Source: a virus
DNA length: 64,000 bases
Strand: one strand, 5' to 3'
IMG/VR virus record: IMGVR_UViG_3300022743_000002
Location: 23,751-87,750 of that record
Part shown: piece after piece, positions 26,524 through 36,162 of the stretch
How positions within the stretch are numbered: position 1 is the first letter of the stretch
Layout of the letters: each line of letters starts with the position of its first letter
Position numbers and translations under genes: made by a program
The notes under the pieces: model-generated
The model's input: only the letters and a program-made list of their open reading frames with translations
Told to the model about the DNA's origin: nothing
The model's database searches: none

Positions 26524-26811
26524 ATGACAACCAACTACGCCAACATCATTAAAAACCTTGAGGCAACGTGCAGCTGCACGATGGCAGGCCGCGAGGGTGC
26601 GGCCGCAATGCGCCAGCTGTTGGAGCGCGTGGCCGAGTTGGAGTCGCGGCAAATTGTTGGCAACCCGGACGCCTACACCGTTGGCCTGCAGCATCCGCAC
26701 TGGCATGAGGTGCAACTGACAATGGGCGATCTGAGCAAGCACTGGGGGCGTCATATCGACGGCGGCGACGTCAGGGTGTACGCCATCTACGCGATCGTGG
26801 TGAAGCCATGA
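26524..26811 (+). CDS. Hypothetical protein
   Basis: ATG 1 nt after the previous stop; followed by a terminator. Confidence 0.65.
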   Translation: MTTNYANIIKNLEATCSCTMAGREGAAAMRQLLERVAELESRQIVGNPDAYTVGLQHPHWHEVQLTMGDLSKHWGRHIDGGDVRVYAIYAIVVKP

Positions 26812-26832
26812 CAGGCGCCGCCAAGACAAACC

Positions 26833-26855
26833 AGCCCGCCTAGTGCGGGCTTTTT
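26833..26855 (+). terminator. Intrinsic terminator
   Basis: AGCCCGC-ctagt-GCGGGCT-TTTT. Confidence 0.85.
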
Positions 26856-26940
26856 GCTATGCTCGGGGCTTCGACACGGACGAGCATTTTGTGCAAGTTC
26901 ACTCAGGGGGTCGCCTTCACAGGTTGACCCCTTGTTTTAT

Positions 26941-29724
26941 TTAGAACGCTGGCTCTGTACGGTCGGCTGACACGATGGGCCCCAGCGGGATCCGGATGCA
27001 CTTGTTCTGCATGCCGTTGAACCGCTCTGGCTTGTTGTCGTTCTTGTCGGCACCCTCAACCCGAAGCAGGACGCCGCGCAGGTCCGCCTCGAACGTGGTG
27101 CCCTGCATGAGCCGCTTGAGCTCATTGGAGTTATTTGACAACACCAACCACCCGCCCTTCACCTTCATGCCATGGCGCTGCAGCAGAGCATCGGCTGTGA
27201 CGTCGTTAATTTCAGTCATGCCGGTGGAGTCGCTGCTTGCGGCCTTCAGCAGCTCGTAGACCGTTAGTTCCGTCCCGCTCTTTACCCGGATGTGAGCCTC
27301 CATCAACGATGACAGGGCGCGGTGAGACTCGTCGCTGTCGGCGTTGTCTCTCAGCTCTTGCCAATTGTGGCTATCGAATATCACCCTGGCTTGATCTGTT
27401 GTGGCGACCGACGACGATATAAGCGACCATGCGCCAGCCAGGAGCGCGCCATACTGATCGCCATCGCGCTGACTTCCAAACACGTCGGCACCAACGGAAC
27501 TAAAGACCTCGATATTCTTCAACGTGACTGGAAGTAGCTCAATGCTACGACGCAGTAGGCGACCGCGCATCGGAGAGTCCTCGCGCCCGCAAAACTCGTA
27601 CATGGCGTCTCGCATGCGCGACCAATCGCGGCCGGAGTTACTGTCGGACTCTTTGCCTGACTTGAGGGTAAGCACAGTAAGGCGGTCAATGTCGGCTTTG
27701 TGCTTGAGCGCGACCTGGATCGACGCCAGGCAGAACATTGAGCGGATGTGATAGGTCATGCCGCTACCGTCAGTCGTACCCTTGAGCGTTTCCGCGTCGG
27801 ACTCGGTGGACGCCTGGCGTATCAGGCCAAGGATGGACTGCACGCGCCTTGCGTCGCCCTCCTCGTTAGACTCAGACTCGTCCATGATCACCGGCCTGGC
27901 GTCGGCGCGCAGCCGCTGGCGGATACCCGCCTCGGAGCTATTGCCCTGCGCAAACACGTCGGTGCCCTTGAGTAGACTGTGACCGAACTTAGCTAGGCTG
28001 GACTTGCCGGATCCGGCGCCACCGGTCATCCAAATGTGCGGGCGCCACGGAATGGCACCACAGATAGGCGCCAGCGCGATCCAGCCGGCGAAAAGCAGAG
28101 CGCTGCCGTCCACCGTCCACCGAAACATTTTGATTATGTCGACCAGCTTCTGCCCGTCCTCGTCGGTCATCATCTCGTCGGCCGGTAACTGCATGGACTT
28201 CGCCATTTCGTACACGAACTTCGATGTGATCTGGGTGACGTCCATAGGCTCACCGTCGACCGACAGGTGGCTACCGTGGTGATAGACCACGCGGCCATCA
28301 TCCAGCCAGGCGCCGCGGCCACGGATCTTCTCGGTGTCGAATATCCCGCGTTGCTCTGCGGTCCGGATGATGAATTGCGCGGCCGCCTTGGTATCGATCG
28401 CCGATCGCGCGCCGGGAAAGTGCATCTCCCACCAGTTGATATCGGCGAGCTCGATCAATCCGACTTCGCTGAAATCGCCCTTGCTTCGCTCGGTGATCTG
28501 CCGCTTGCCGTGCTGGAAAATGTAGTACGTCTCGCGGTTGTAGCCCAGGATCGTGAAGTGACCATTGCGAGCAGGCACATCGCCACCGACGTCGGCAGTA
28601 GGTAGGACGGTCACGGAACCATCGAACGGCGCAGGCTCTGGTGGGCCGTCCTCCCAGGGCTGAGGGTCATGGACGTCGTCCTCGGGAAGCGACTCTGGCG
28701 GGTTGATAGCCTCGGCAATGGCATCGCGCACCGCGTCGGCACCGCATGCCACGAACAGGTCATTGAAGTCGGTCGGCTTGCCGTCGGCATCCTCGGGGAA
28801 GTGGGGAATGGCAACGACGCCACCAACGGCCGCCGCAGCTTTGCTGGCATGGTGCACGCCGGGGTTTTCGATCGGCTGGAGCGTGAACCGGTCATTGTCG
28901 GCGAGGAACACCAGCAGGGCCTCGGGGAAGCGCTTGCGCAGCACCTGGCCCACTGCCAGCAGGTTGCCGGCGTCGAATGCCACAATCGCCGCGTGGCCCG
29001 TGACCTCGTGAGCCGTCGCCATGGTGGCATAGCCTTCGCCGATTGCGATCACCTGGCGCTGGACGCCTGCGACCTCCATCGTCACCGGCTTGCCGAAGCT
29101 GTAGAACAGACCGGACTTGGCGCCCCCAGACAGGAAATCCTTGTCGCGGTCGCCGACCTTGCCCGTGAATATGGCCTGCAGGCTGTGAATCTTCTTGCCG
29201 GCATCGCGAATTGGGATCAGCAGCGCCTGCTTGCTGATGACGCGCACCTCGCCGGTTTCCGGGTCCTTCTTCTCCCATGCGCCAACCCGTAGGCCGTGGG
29301 ATTTGACTTGCTTGCGAGTCAGGTACGGGTGATCGGTGCACTCGGCGGCCGCATCCCAGCAGGACACAGCACGCGCCGCGGCCTCGGCCCTGGTGGCGGC
29401 CTCAGCGGCCTCGCGCTCGACCTTCTGGCGCTCGATGCGCTCGCGATAGGCGCGGCGCTCCTCGGGCGTCAGTGGTTTGGTCTTTTCCTTGCTGGTCCAG
29501 GTGAATTTGGCTGTGTTGCCGTAGCGCTTATTACAACCAAAGGCTCCCGAAGGCTTGCCGTCTAAATGTAGAACGTACCACCCAGTGCGGGTTAGCTTGC
29601 GGTCGCCGTCGACGTGGATACGATGAAATTTGCCATCAGCAATGATTTCGTCGCTGACTGGAATGTCTTGCTCGCGCATTGCGGCGCGGAACTGGTCAAT
29701 TATTTGAGATTCATTCATACGCAC
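26941..29724 (-). CDS. TOPRIM primase fused to a P-loop helicase
   Basis: HPYLTRK, SLQAI, IGEGYAT, AFDAGNL, ADND, TDFNDL; GGAGSGKS, IMDESE. Confidence 0.9.
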   Translation of the reverse strand: MRMNESQIIDQFRAAMREQDIPVSDEIIADGKFHRIHVDGDRKLTRTGWYVLHLDGKPSGAFGCNKRYGNTAKFTWTSKEKTKPLTPEERRAYRERIERQKVEREAAEAATRAEAAARAVSCWDAAAECTDHPYLTRKQVKSHGLRVGAWEKKDPETGEVRVISKQALLIPIRDAGKKIHSLQAIFTGKVGDRDKDFLSGGAKSGLFYSFGKPVTMEVAGVQRQVIAIGEGYATMATAHEVTGHAAIVAFDAGNLLAVGQVLRKRFPEALLVFLADNDRFTLQPIENPGVHHASKAAAAVGGVVAIPHFPEDADGKPTDFNDLFVACGADAVRDAIAEAINPPESLPEDDVHDPQPWEDGPPEPAPFDGSVTVLPTADVGGDVPARNGHFTILGYNRETYYIFQHGKRQITERSKGDFSEVGLIELADINWWEMHFPGARSAIDTKAAAQFIIRTAEQRGIFDTEKIRGRGAWLDDGRVVYHHGSHLSVDGEPMDVTQITSKFVYEMAKSMQLPADEMMTDEDGQKLVDIIKMFRWTVDGSALLFAGWIALAPICGAIPWRPHIWMTGGAGSGKSSLAKFGHSLLKGTDVFAQGNSSEAGIRQRLRADARPVIMDESESNEEGDARRVQSILGLIRQASTESDAETLKGTTDGSGMTYHIRSMFCLASIQVALKHKADIDRLTVLTLKSGKESDSNSGRDWSRMRDAMYEFCGREDSPMRGRLLRRSIELLPVTLKNIEVFSSVGADVFGSQRDGDQYGALLAGAWSLISSSVATTDQARVIFDSHNWQELRDNADSDESHRALSSLMEAHIRVKSGTELTVYELLKAASSDSTGMTEINDVTADALLQRHGMKVKGGWLVLSNNSNELKRLMQGTTFEADLRGVLLRVEGADKNDNKPERFNGMQNKCIRIPLGPIVSADRTEPAF

Positions 29725-29924
29725 TCCATGATGCGCATGTATTATTTTTACTCATTCCGGCTGCTATCCAGAGTTGTCGCTGAGGGTAAATGCTCGGGCC
29801 AGGCGCCAGCAGTAGCGCTTTTCGGTAGCTAACCTATGCCTTCGCAAAACATGTTGTCTCACGCCGCCATGATTCAGCCCCAAAGGCTTCGCGTGACGAC
29901 GCATGAAAGCTGGTGATTATGCCT

Positions 29925-30374
29925 CTATTTTGATGCGCTCCGAGGAACCGGTCGCCATTCTTGAATAATCTTTTTTGCGGCATCCGGACTATTGGCGACG
30001 CCAGCTATGCCGCCGGCCTTGTGCACCTGGGCGATAAAGTTGAACTGGTCGTCGCTGGTGCGGCCGCCTTTGGACTTCTTGGTCTCAATAGCCGTGAACA
30101 CAGCGCAGGTTGCGCCAACCATGTCCTCGGTAATCAACACCGGCGTCCACCCAATAAGGTCGCTGGTACCATTCACTGGATCGCCATTCGTGCGGGAGAA
30201 CCCAAGCGCGATAGGTCTGGCCGCCAGCAGGTGAGCGCTACCGTCAGTGAGTTTGCGCACGCCAGCCGGGCCCATGCCAGACAACCAGGCGCGCCCGGTG
30301 TTCACACGGAACAGGATCGTGGTCGACGCCACGGCCGCCCACACCAATCGCTGGACGCTGGACTCAGCCGCCAT
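29925..30374 (-). CDS. VRR-NUC domain nuclease
   Basis: LFRVNTG...GTSDLIG...AIETK...Q.NF...GGIAGVA. Confidence 0.85.
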   Translation of the reverse strand: MAAESSVQRLVWAAVASTTILFRVNTGRAWLSGMGPAGVRKLTDGSAHLLAARPIALGFSRTNGDPVNGTSDLIGWTPVLITEDMVGATCAVFTAIETKKSKGGRTSDDQFNFIAQVHKAGGIAGVANSPDAAKKIIQEWRPVPRSASK

Positions 30375-30870
30375 GCTGAGTCCCATCAAGCGGGCTAAAT
30401 GTCTCGTCGTTGGAGTCAATGCTGAGCCCGGCTCTCGCCTGCAGCATCGACACCTCGGTATAGTGCCGTGGCGCCTTATCAGCGTGACGATCAAGTATCT
30501 CGCCAGCCTTCGCATTCAGATGGGCATAAAACTCCCGTGAGCGCGGAGGCCGGTCGTCGGTGATCATGCCCTGGATCATTGCGTCACGCAGTACCACCAA
30601 AGACGCGATGGCCTTGGTGATGTGGTGCAAGCCAGAATCAGGATCAATGTCGACCCCCTCCCACCAGTCCATGAGGTGGCGCATGGTGGCGTCGTAGTAG
30701 ACGGACGATTGGACGCCCACAACTCGGTAGTTGTGGCGACCGTATTTTGCCGCTCCCTCCAACATCGCCACACCGACCTCCGCAAGTACAGCGGCCGACA
30801 CGGTAGACATAGGGGCTTTGCGGATACCTATGGAATCCTTTGGGTTTGATGGCTTAATCATTTCAATCAA
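30364..30870 (-). CDS. dATP/dGTP diphosphohydrolase-like protein (DUF5664)
   Basis: GAAKYGRHNY...YYDATMRHL..W..G.DIDPDSGLHH. Confidence 0.82.
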   Translation of the reverse strand: MIEMIKPSNPKDSIGIRKAPMSTVSAAVLAEVGVAMLEGAAKYGRHNYRVVGVQSSVYYDATMRHLMDWWEGVDIDPDSGLHHITKAIASLVVLRDAMIQGMITDDRPPRSREFYAHLNAKAGEILDRHADKAPRHYTEVSMLQARAGLSIDSNDETFSPLDGTQHGG

Positions 30871-31326
30871 TCAGAACGGTATCTCGTCGTCTTCGGGTAC
30901 ATTGCGCTGTGCGGGTGCCTGGCGCTGTGCCGGCGCCTGTTGGCGTTGCTGTGCCGGTGCCCCCGCCTGCCGCTGGGCTTGCCCATCCCCGGCGCTGCCA
31001 AGCAGCTGCATGCGGTCGCCCTTGATTTCTGTGATTTGCTTCTCGTTGCCGTCCTTGTCGGTGTACTTGCGAACCGAAAATTCGCCGGTAATCTGCAGCT
31101 GGCTTCCCTTTCGGCAATACTCGCCGACGATTTCAGCGGTCTTCCCAAAGAACGACACCGGCACCCAGGTAGTCACTTCTTTTTTCTCGCCGCTGTTCTT
31201 GTCCTTCCAGCTTTTTCCGACGGCGATGCTGATGTTCACGGCGGCGTCACCGTTGGGCAGGTAACGCAACTCGGGGTCCCGCCCCAGGCGCCCAATGAAG
31301 ACGCACATATTCAAATCATTTGCCAC
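30871..31326 (-). CDS. ssb: Single-stranded DNA-binding protein
   Basis: IGRLGRDPELRY; C-terminal DDEIPF. Confidence 0.95.
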   Translation of the reverse strand: MANDLNMCVFIGRLGRDPELRYLPNGDAAVNISIAVGKSWKDKNSGEKKEVTTWVPVSFFGKTAEIVGEYCRKGSQLQITGEFSVRKYTDKDGNEKQITEIKGDRMQLLGSAGDGQAQRQAGAPAQQRQQAPAQRQAPAQRNVPEDDEIPF

Positions 31327-31338
31327 GATGGGCCTTTC

Positions 31339-33012
31339 TTAAAACGCGGCCTCTTGGCCGCCGGTTGGTGGAAATAGATCACCGCGCATAGGTTCGATGC
31401 GGCCATCGGTGTATGCCTGGCGGTGCTGGTCGAACCGCTCTCGCAGCTCCTTCAGCGCCTTTGGCTTGTATTGCTTGAGGTCGCTCAGGTAGACGCCGAA
31501 CGTCACCACGGGATCCTGGCCGGTCTTCCGTCGCCAGTCCTGCAGGTCGAATATCAGGCTGGTGCGAAGCTCTGCCTTTTCCTCGCGCGCCCTTACGATC
31601 GCCTCAGCACGGGTGCGGCTGTAGCCAAGCTGGCGCATCATGTCGTCGACGGACTTTGCTGCCGACTGGGCGCTGCGCTGCTGCTGACGCAGTTTGGCTT
31701 GCATGTCCTCGGTGACCTGGTGGAGCTCGCCGTCGATGTGCTCGATGCTGCGGGCGCCAGTTATCGGGTACTCAAACCCGCAGGACGGGCACACCGGCGC
31801 CGGCATGTGGGCGACGAAGCACTGCGGGCACTGCTTAATTTCAATCGTCTCCTCGTCGACCTCCTTGGGCCCCTTCTTCTTCTTTTTGCGGCCGTCGAGC
31901 GTCCACTCGCGGACCTCGTTGGGTAGCCCATGCTTGCGCTTGAAGCCGCCGTCTATCAGTGCGCCCACGTTGCCAACATGGTCCAGCAGATAACAGGTGG
32001 TCTTGCCCTGACTGGGCCGCATGACGCGCCCGGCCTGCTGCAGGAATAGTGCCTCGCTGGCCGTTGGCCGCAGCATGATGCAGCACTCCAGATCAGGCAG
32101 GTCGTAGCCCTCGCTGACCAGATCGACCGTGCAGGCGCCATGCAGCAGGCCATTGCGCAGCTTTTTGTTGACCGCCGTGCGCTCGGCATCGCTCATCTCT
32201 GGCGCGCCCACCAGCAGATCGAACAGGTACCCGGCAGCATTGAATTCTGCGCACACGTGGCGAGCGTGTTCGATGCTGGAGCAGAACACGATGGCGCGAA
32301 CGCCAGGGCATATCTTGGTGTACTGAGCCACCGCGGATCCAGTGATCTTGGGCTTGTCGACGGCGGCCGCCAACTGCTTTGCGTTGTAGTCGCCGGCGGC
32401 GTCGCGCTTGACGCCCTTGAGATCCGGCACCTCCAGGCTGGTGTAGACAATCGGGTTGAGTAGCATTCCGCGCTCGATGAGCTCAGCCACGGATGGGCCC
32501 AGCACCATCGCCTTGAACACGCCGCCGGCATGCTCACCCAGGCCTTTGCCGTCGGTGCGCACCGGTGTTGCGGTGACGCCAAGCATGGGCGGCTTGCCGA
32601 GTAGATCGTAGGCGCGGCCCCACTTGTTGCCGTCGACCACGTGGTGGGCCTCGTCAAAGATGAGTAGGTCAAACTCATAGCTTCGGGTCTTCAGACGAGA
32701 CAGCAGCGTGTCCACGCTTGCGACCTGCACCAGGGCGCGCGGGTTCGGTGTGAAGTGCGGGCTAATGAGGCCATGTTCGATGCCAAGTGCCTGCAACGAG
32801 GCGGATGCCTGCAGTAGCAACTCCTTGCGGTGCACGATGATGCACACCGAGCGGCCCTTGTCGGCCGCATTGGACGCGATGTAGCTGAAGGTGTAGGTCT
32901 TTCCGCCGCCAGTCGGGAGCACAAAAAGCACTGGGCTATTCTTGGCGCGGAATTCGGCACGGACCTCGGTGACGGCGACCTGCTGGTAGTCGCGAAGACT
33001 GATTTTGCTCAC
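31339..33012 (-). CDS. SF2 DEAH helicase with a zinc finger (RadD/UvsW-like)
   Basis: LRDYQ, PTGGGKT, DEAHH, TATP, SEGYD, QQAGR, CPQC/CPSC. Confidence 0.92.
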   Translation of the reverse strand: MSKISLRDYQQVAVTEVRAEFRAKNSPVLFVLPTGGGKTYTFSYIASNAADKGRSVCIIVHRKELLLQASASLQALGIEHGLISPHFTPNPRALVQVASVDTLLSRLKTRSYEFDLLIFDEAHHVVDGNKWGRAYDLLGKPPMLGVTATPVRTDGKGLGEHAGGVFKAMVLGPSVAELIERGMLLNPIVYTSLEVPDLKGVKRDAAGDYNAKQLAAAVDKPKITGSAVAQYTKICPGVRAIVFCSSIEHARHVCAEFNAAGYLFDLLVGAPEMSDAERTAVNKKLRNGLLHGACTVDLVSEGYDLPDLECCIMLRPTASEALFLQQAGRVMRPSQGKTTCYLLDHVGNVGALIDGGFKRKHGLPNEVREWTLDGRKKKKKGPKEVDEETIEIKQCPQCFVAHMPAPVCPSCGFEYPITGARSIEHIDGELHQVTEDMQAKLRQQQRSAQSAAKSVDDMMRQLGYSRTRAEAIVRAREEKAELRTSLIFDLQDWRRKTGQDPVVTFGVYLSDLKQYKPKALKELRERFDQHRQAYTDGRIEPMRGDLFPPTGGQEAAF

Positions 33013-34802
33013 AGTGCCGCCAGTCTACGCAGCTCGGCGTCAATACGGCAGCCAATCCAGCGCACGTTTGGCACGGCCCAGCTGTTGCCCAAGGCCTTGT
33101 AGCGGGGACCGTCCGGGCAATCCTGTGTGGTTGGTTCGCGCAAACCCCGACCGGTGGTTTCAATCAACCACTCCTCAAAGCTTTTGCCGCCGCTCATGGC
33201 GCCTTTGCGCTTTGCGTAGACTTGGTACGCTTTCCACGGGATAGCTGTGTAGTTGTCAGGAAACCCCTGCAGTCGCTCGCACTCGACGGGCGTGAGGCGG
33301 CGGACTTGCATGCCCACCAGTGCACCGTTGTGCCGTCGCGGCCCGTTGTTGGCATCGAGCGTCGCGTGGGTGTCACCAACGCGGACGCCCGACTGGCTGG
33401 ACTGAAACGCAACCGCCGTCGGGTTCTTCGCCCCCATGCTCGGAGCAATATCCTCCGCGCTGGCGCATTGAGTGCCGGAGAGGTTTGCCGGGAATGCAAT
33501 CGCAGGCGAATGCGCCCCAGCCGCAAGCGGGTGGCATGGGTCACCGGGTTGTGGGTTGCTGCGATTTTGTGGGCTTGTCACCTGCGTAGTGTCGAAGACG
33601 ATAGCTGGTGGCGGGCTGTTTGCATCCAGACTGGCGGTGTAGTTTTCGTAGAACTTCCCGGCTTGGTTGCTCTGGGTGTTGTGCAGTTTAGTGGAATAGG
33701 CCACCGGCACCGCAATCGCATGAACGTCATGGCCGTGCATCGCGTTCAAAGTGAAGGACGGGCCATCAGCCTGGGCGACGGCGTTGCCTTTGCTGCCCTG
33801 CATGTTGACCATGGCCACCGGCACCAGCGGCGTCCCCCGCCCCGTGCCGTCCTCGCTGACGTCAAAGCCTTCGCCGCGCAAGGAGTGACTCACCGGCTGC
33901 ACCAGGAAGGTCTCACTCTCAAAGTCCATCCTGCCGCTGGCGCTGGCGCATGCGTTTCTGGCAGTCGCTACGTCGATGGGGCCGGCTGTGTTGTTGCCGC
34001 CGTAGGCCATCACCGCTACCGCAAGTTGGTTTCTGATCGGCCCATCCTTGGCTCGCGTGTCCAGTGTCGGGCTTAGATCTGTGAAGCGACCGCCTCCAGG
34101 GCCAATTTCAACGCCTCCGGCAACGCCTTGCCGCGCTTGTCGGCTCGGCGCAGTATCCCGGCGCACGCCGTCGAACTCAAAAAGAACCTTGACGGGATCG
34201 AACCCGTCTCTAGCACTTGCGACAACGAACACACGGCGGCGTCGTTGGGCCACTCCGAAGTATTGGGCGTCGAGTACCCGCCACGCGACTGTTCGCGCGG
34301 GTCCATGCACAGTACCCGCGTTTGTCCACCTGCCCCCTGGCGGGACCAGCGGATCATCTTCGCCGGCAAGTCCTGCCAGAAAGCATCCAAAGGCGTTGTC
34401 TTTAGTGCTGAGGACTCCGGGTACGTTTTCCCAGAAGATGGTGGCGGGCTGCTCTCCGCGAACAAGTCGTGCTGCATCAATTTCATTGGCAATCTCGCAA
34501 AAAATGAGTGAAAGATTTCCGCGCGCGTCATCCAGGGACTTGCGCAGACCCGCTACCGAAAACGCTTGGCACGGCGTGCCACCGCAAAACACATCAGGCG
34601 CCACGACTTCGCCGGAGCGAATACGCTCTGGCAGCTTGGTCATATCGCCCAGGTTAGGAACGTCAGGGTAGTGGTGCGCCAGGACGGCGCAGGGAAACGG
34701 CTCAATCTCAGAAAGCCAAGCTGCGCGCCATCCCAAAGGATGCCAAGCAACCGATGCGGCCTCAATGCCACTACATACAGACCCGAAGGTAATTTGGTTC
34801 AT
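33009..34802 (-). CDS. DNA cytosine-5 methyltransferase with a long variable region
   Basis: FGSVCSGIEA, GGTPCQAFS, WENVPG, QRRRRVF, RRLTPVECERLQGFP, YKALGNS. Confidence 0.93.
   Translation of the reverse strand: MNQITFGSVCSGIEAASVAWHPLGWRAAWLSEIEPFPCAVLAHHYPDVPNLGDMTKLPERIRSGEVVAPDVFCGGTPCQAFSVAGLRKSLDDARGNLSLIFCEIANEIDAARLVRGEQPATIFWENVPGVLSTKDNAFGCFLAGLAGEDDPLVPPGGRWTNAGTVHGPARTVAWRVLDAQYFGVAQRRRRVFVVASARDGFDPVKVLFEFDGVRRDTAPSRQARQGVAGGVEIGPGGGRFTDLSPTLDTRAKDGPIRNQLAVAVMAYGGNNTAGPIDVATARNACASASGRMDFESETFLVQPVSHSLRGEGFDVSEDGTGRGTPLVPVAMVNMQGSKGNAVAQADGPSFTLNAMHGHDVHAIAVPVAYSTKLHNTQSNQAGKFYENYTASLDANSPPPAIVFDTTQVTSPQNRSNPQPGDPCHPLAAGAHSPAIAFPANLSGTQCASAEDIAPSMGAKNPTAVAFQSSQSGVRVGDTHATLDANNGPRRHNGALVGMQVRRLTPVECERLQGFPDNYTAIPWKAYQVYAKRKGAMSGGKSFEEWLIETTGRGLREPTTQDCPDGPRYKALGNSWAVPNVRWIGCRIDAELRRLAAL
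34073..34531 (-). CDS. Overprinted alternative-frame ORF within the MTase (candidate small subunit)
   Basis: SEWPNDAAVCSLSQVLE...FFLS..ACAGILRRADKRGKALPEALKLAL; same strand, shifted frame. Confidence 0.6.
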   Translation of the reverse strand: MTRAEIFHSFFARLPMKLMQHDLFAESSPPPSSGKTYPESSALKTTPLDAFWQDLPAKMIRWSRQGAGGQTRVLCMDPREQSRGGYSTPNTSEWPNDAAVCSLSQVLETGSIPSRFFLSSTACAGILRRADKRGKALPEALKLALEAVASQI

Positions 34803-34847
34803 AAAAAACACGCCTCAAGTAATCACGGCGCGCCTCAAAAATTAGAT

Positions 34848-35069
34848 TCAACGTGTGACGGGCGGCTGCGCTTCACGCTGCGCAACGATTTCCTCCATCC
34901 TGGTGACGATGGCGATCGTCTTGGGTGTGCTCTTTTTCCAGCGGTCTGGAGTTGCGCGCGAAATGCCAGCTTCCTTGCAGATGCTGGTGAAATTCAACCC
35001 GGCGGCCTTAGCGCGCGCCTCAATGTCGGCGATCCGGCGCTTAAAGGTGTCGGTGAAAGTTGTGATCAT
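34848..35069 (-). CDS. Cro-like HTH regulator
   Basis: First gene of the leftward operon; FTSICKEAGISRATPDRWK. Confidence 0.75.
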   Translation of the reverse strand: MITTFTDTFKRRIADIEARAKAAGLNFTSICKEAGISRATPDRWKKSTPKTIAIVTRMEEIVAQREAQPPVTR

Positions 35070-35221
35070 GATGGCCCTAATCAAAAAAGTAATTTCGCGA
35101 AGTGTACCGTATTTAATCAATGTCGCCAACGTTTTGTGATGACTTGCGGAGACGATCCGTGACTTCTTGCGCCAAAACCATGAACAACGCAGTATTGCAG
35201 GGACTTTTTGTGCTCATGTTG

Positions 35222-35250
35222 TTGTCGATTGATCAAATTTGATTCATAAT
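35222..35250 (+). promoter_or_regulatory. Sigma70-like promoter TTGTCG-17-CATAAT with operator-like palindrome ATCAAATTTGAT in the spacer
   Basis: Read directly from the sequence in the divergent intergenic region. Confidence 0.6.
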
Positions 35251-35286
35251 TCGACTGCGTAATCATTTTTAACCACGAAAGACCCT

Positions 35287-36162
35287 ATGAACTCAGCTGC
35301 TCACTTATTGACGCCCGACGCAGACGGCGTACTGGCGCCGCCACACCCCCTGGGGCTGGTGGAATGCACCAATGCCCAGTACCACAGCGGCCCAGGCGTA
35401 TCTAAATCGCACCTTGATGCCATCGCGAACGTCAGTCCGCTGCACTACTACGCCAAGTATCTGGATCCAAACCGCGTGCGTGCCGAGCCCACGGCCGCCA
35501 TGATCATGGGTAGCGCCGTGCATAGCGCCGTGCTGGAGCCCGACTTGTTTCCATCCGAATACGTCATGGCGCCCCAAGGCATCAATCGCCGAACTAACGC
35601 CGGCAAGGAGGAGTACGCGGCTTTCGAGAAGGCCAACGCCAACAAGACCGTGCTGGACCCGGAAGACTTCGCAACTTGCTTGGCCATCCGCGACGCCGTG
35701 TATCGCCACCCCGTTGCAGGCGGCCTGCTAACTGGCGGCCGGGCCGAGCAGTCGTTCTATGCGATCGACAAGGAAACAGGCGAGCTCATGAAGTGCCGAA
35801 CCGACTACATGCACGACAGTGGCGCAATGATTGTGGACTTGAAGACAACGGACGACGCCAGCCCGGACGGATTCGGCAAGTCGGCCGCCAATTTCCGCTA
35901 CCCAGTTCAAACTGCCTGGTACAACGGCGTGCTGGACGCAGCTTTCGGCGAGCATCCTGCTGACTGGGTTTTCCTGGCTGTTGAGAAGAAGCCGCCCTAC
36001 GCCGTCGGGATTTACTTCATGGAGCCTGACGTCGTGGCTCGCGCAAATATCGCGGCGCGCCGCGACTTCATGCGGATCGTTGAGGCCAAGCGCAGCGGGC
36101 ATTGGCCGGACTACGGCGTTACCCCCCTGCCGCTGGCCTTGCCGGCCTGGAGCAAGCTGTGA
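35287..36162 (+). CDS. RecE/Exo VIII-like PD-(D/E)XK exonuclease
   Basis: YH...VSKSHL, GSAVH..VLEP, EQS, KCRTD, IVDLKT, Y..Q.AWY. Confidence 0.88.
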   Translation: MNSAAHLLTPDADGVLAPPHPLGLVECTNAQYHSGPGVSKSHLDAIANVSPLHYYAKYLDPNRVRAEPTAAMIMGSAVHSAVLEPDLFPSEYVMAPQGINRRTNAGKEEYAAFEKANANKTVLDPEDFATCLAIRDAVYRHPVAGGLLTGGRAEQSFYAIDKETGELMKCRTDYMHDSGAMIVDLKTTDDASPDGFGKSAANFRYPVQTAWYNGVLDAAFGEHPADWVFLAVEKKPPYAVGIYFMEPDVVARANIAARRDFMRIVEAKRSGHWPDYGVTPLPLALPAWSKL

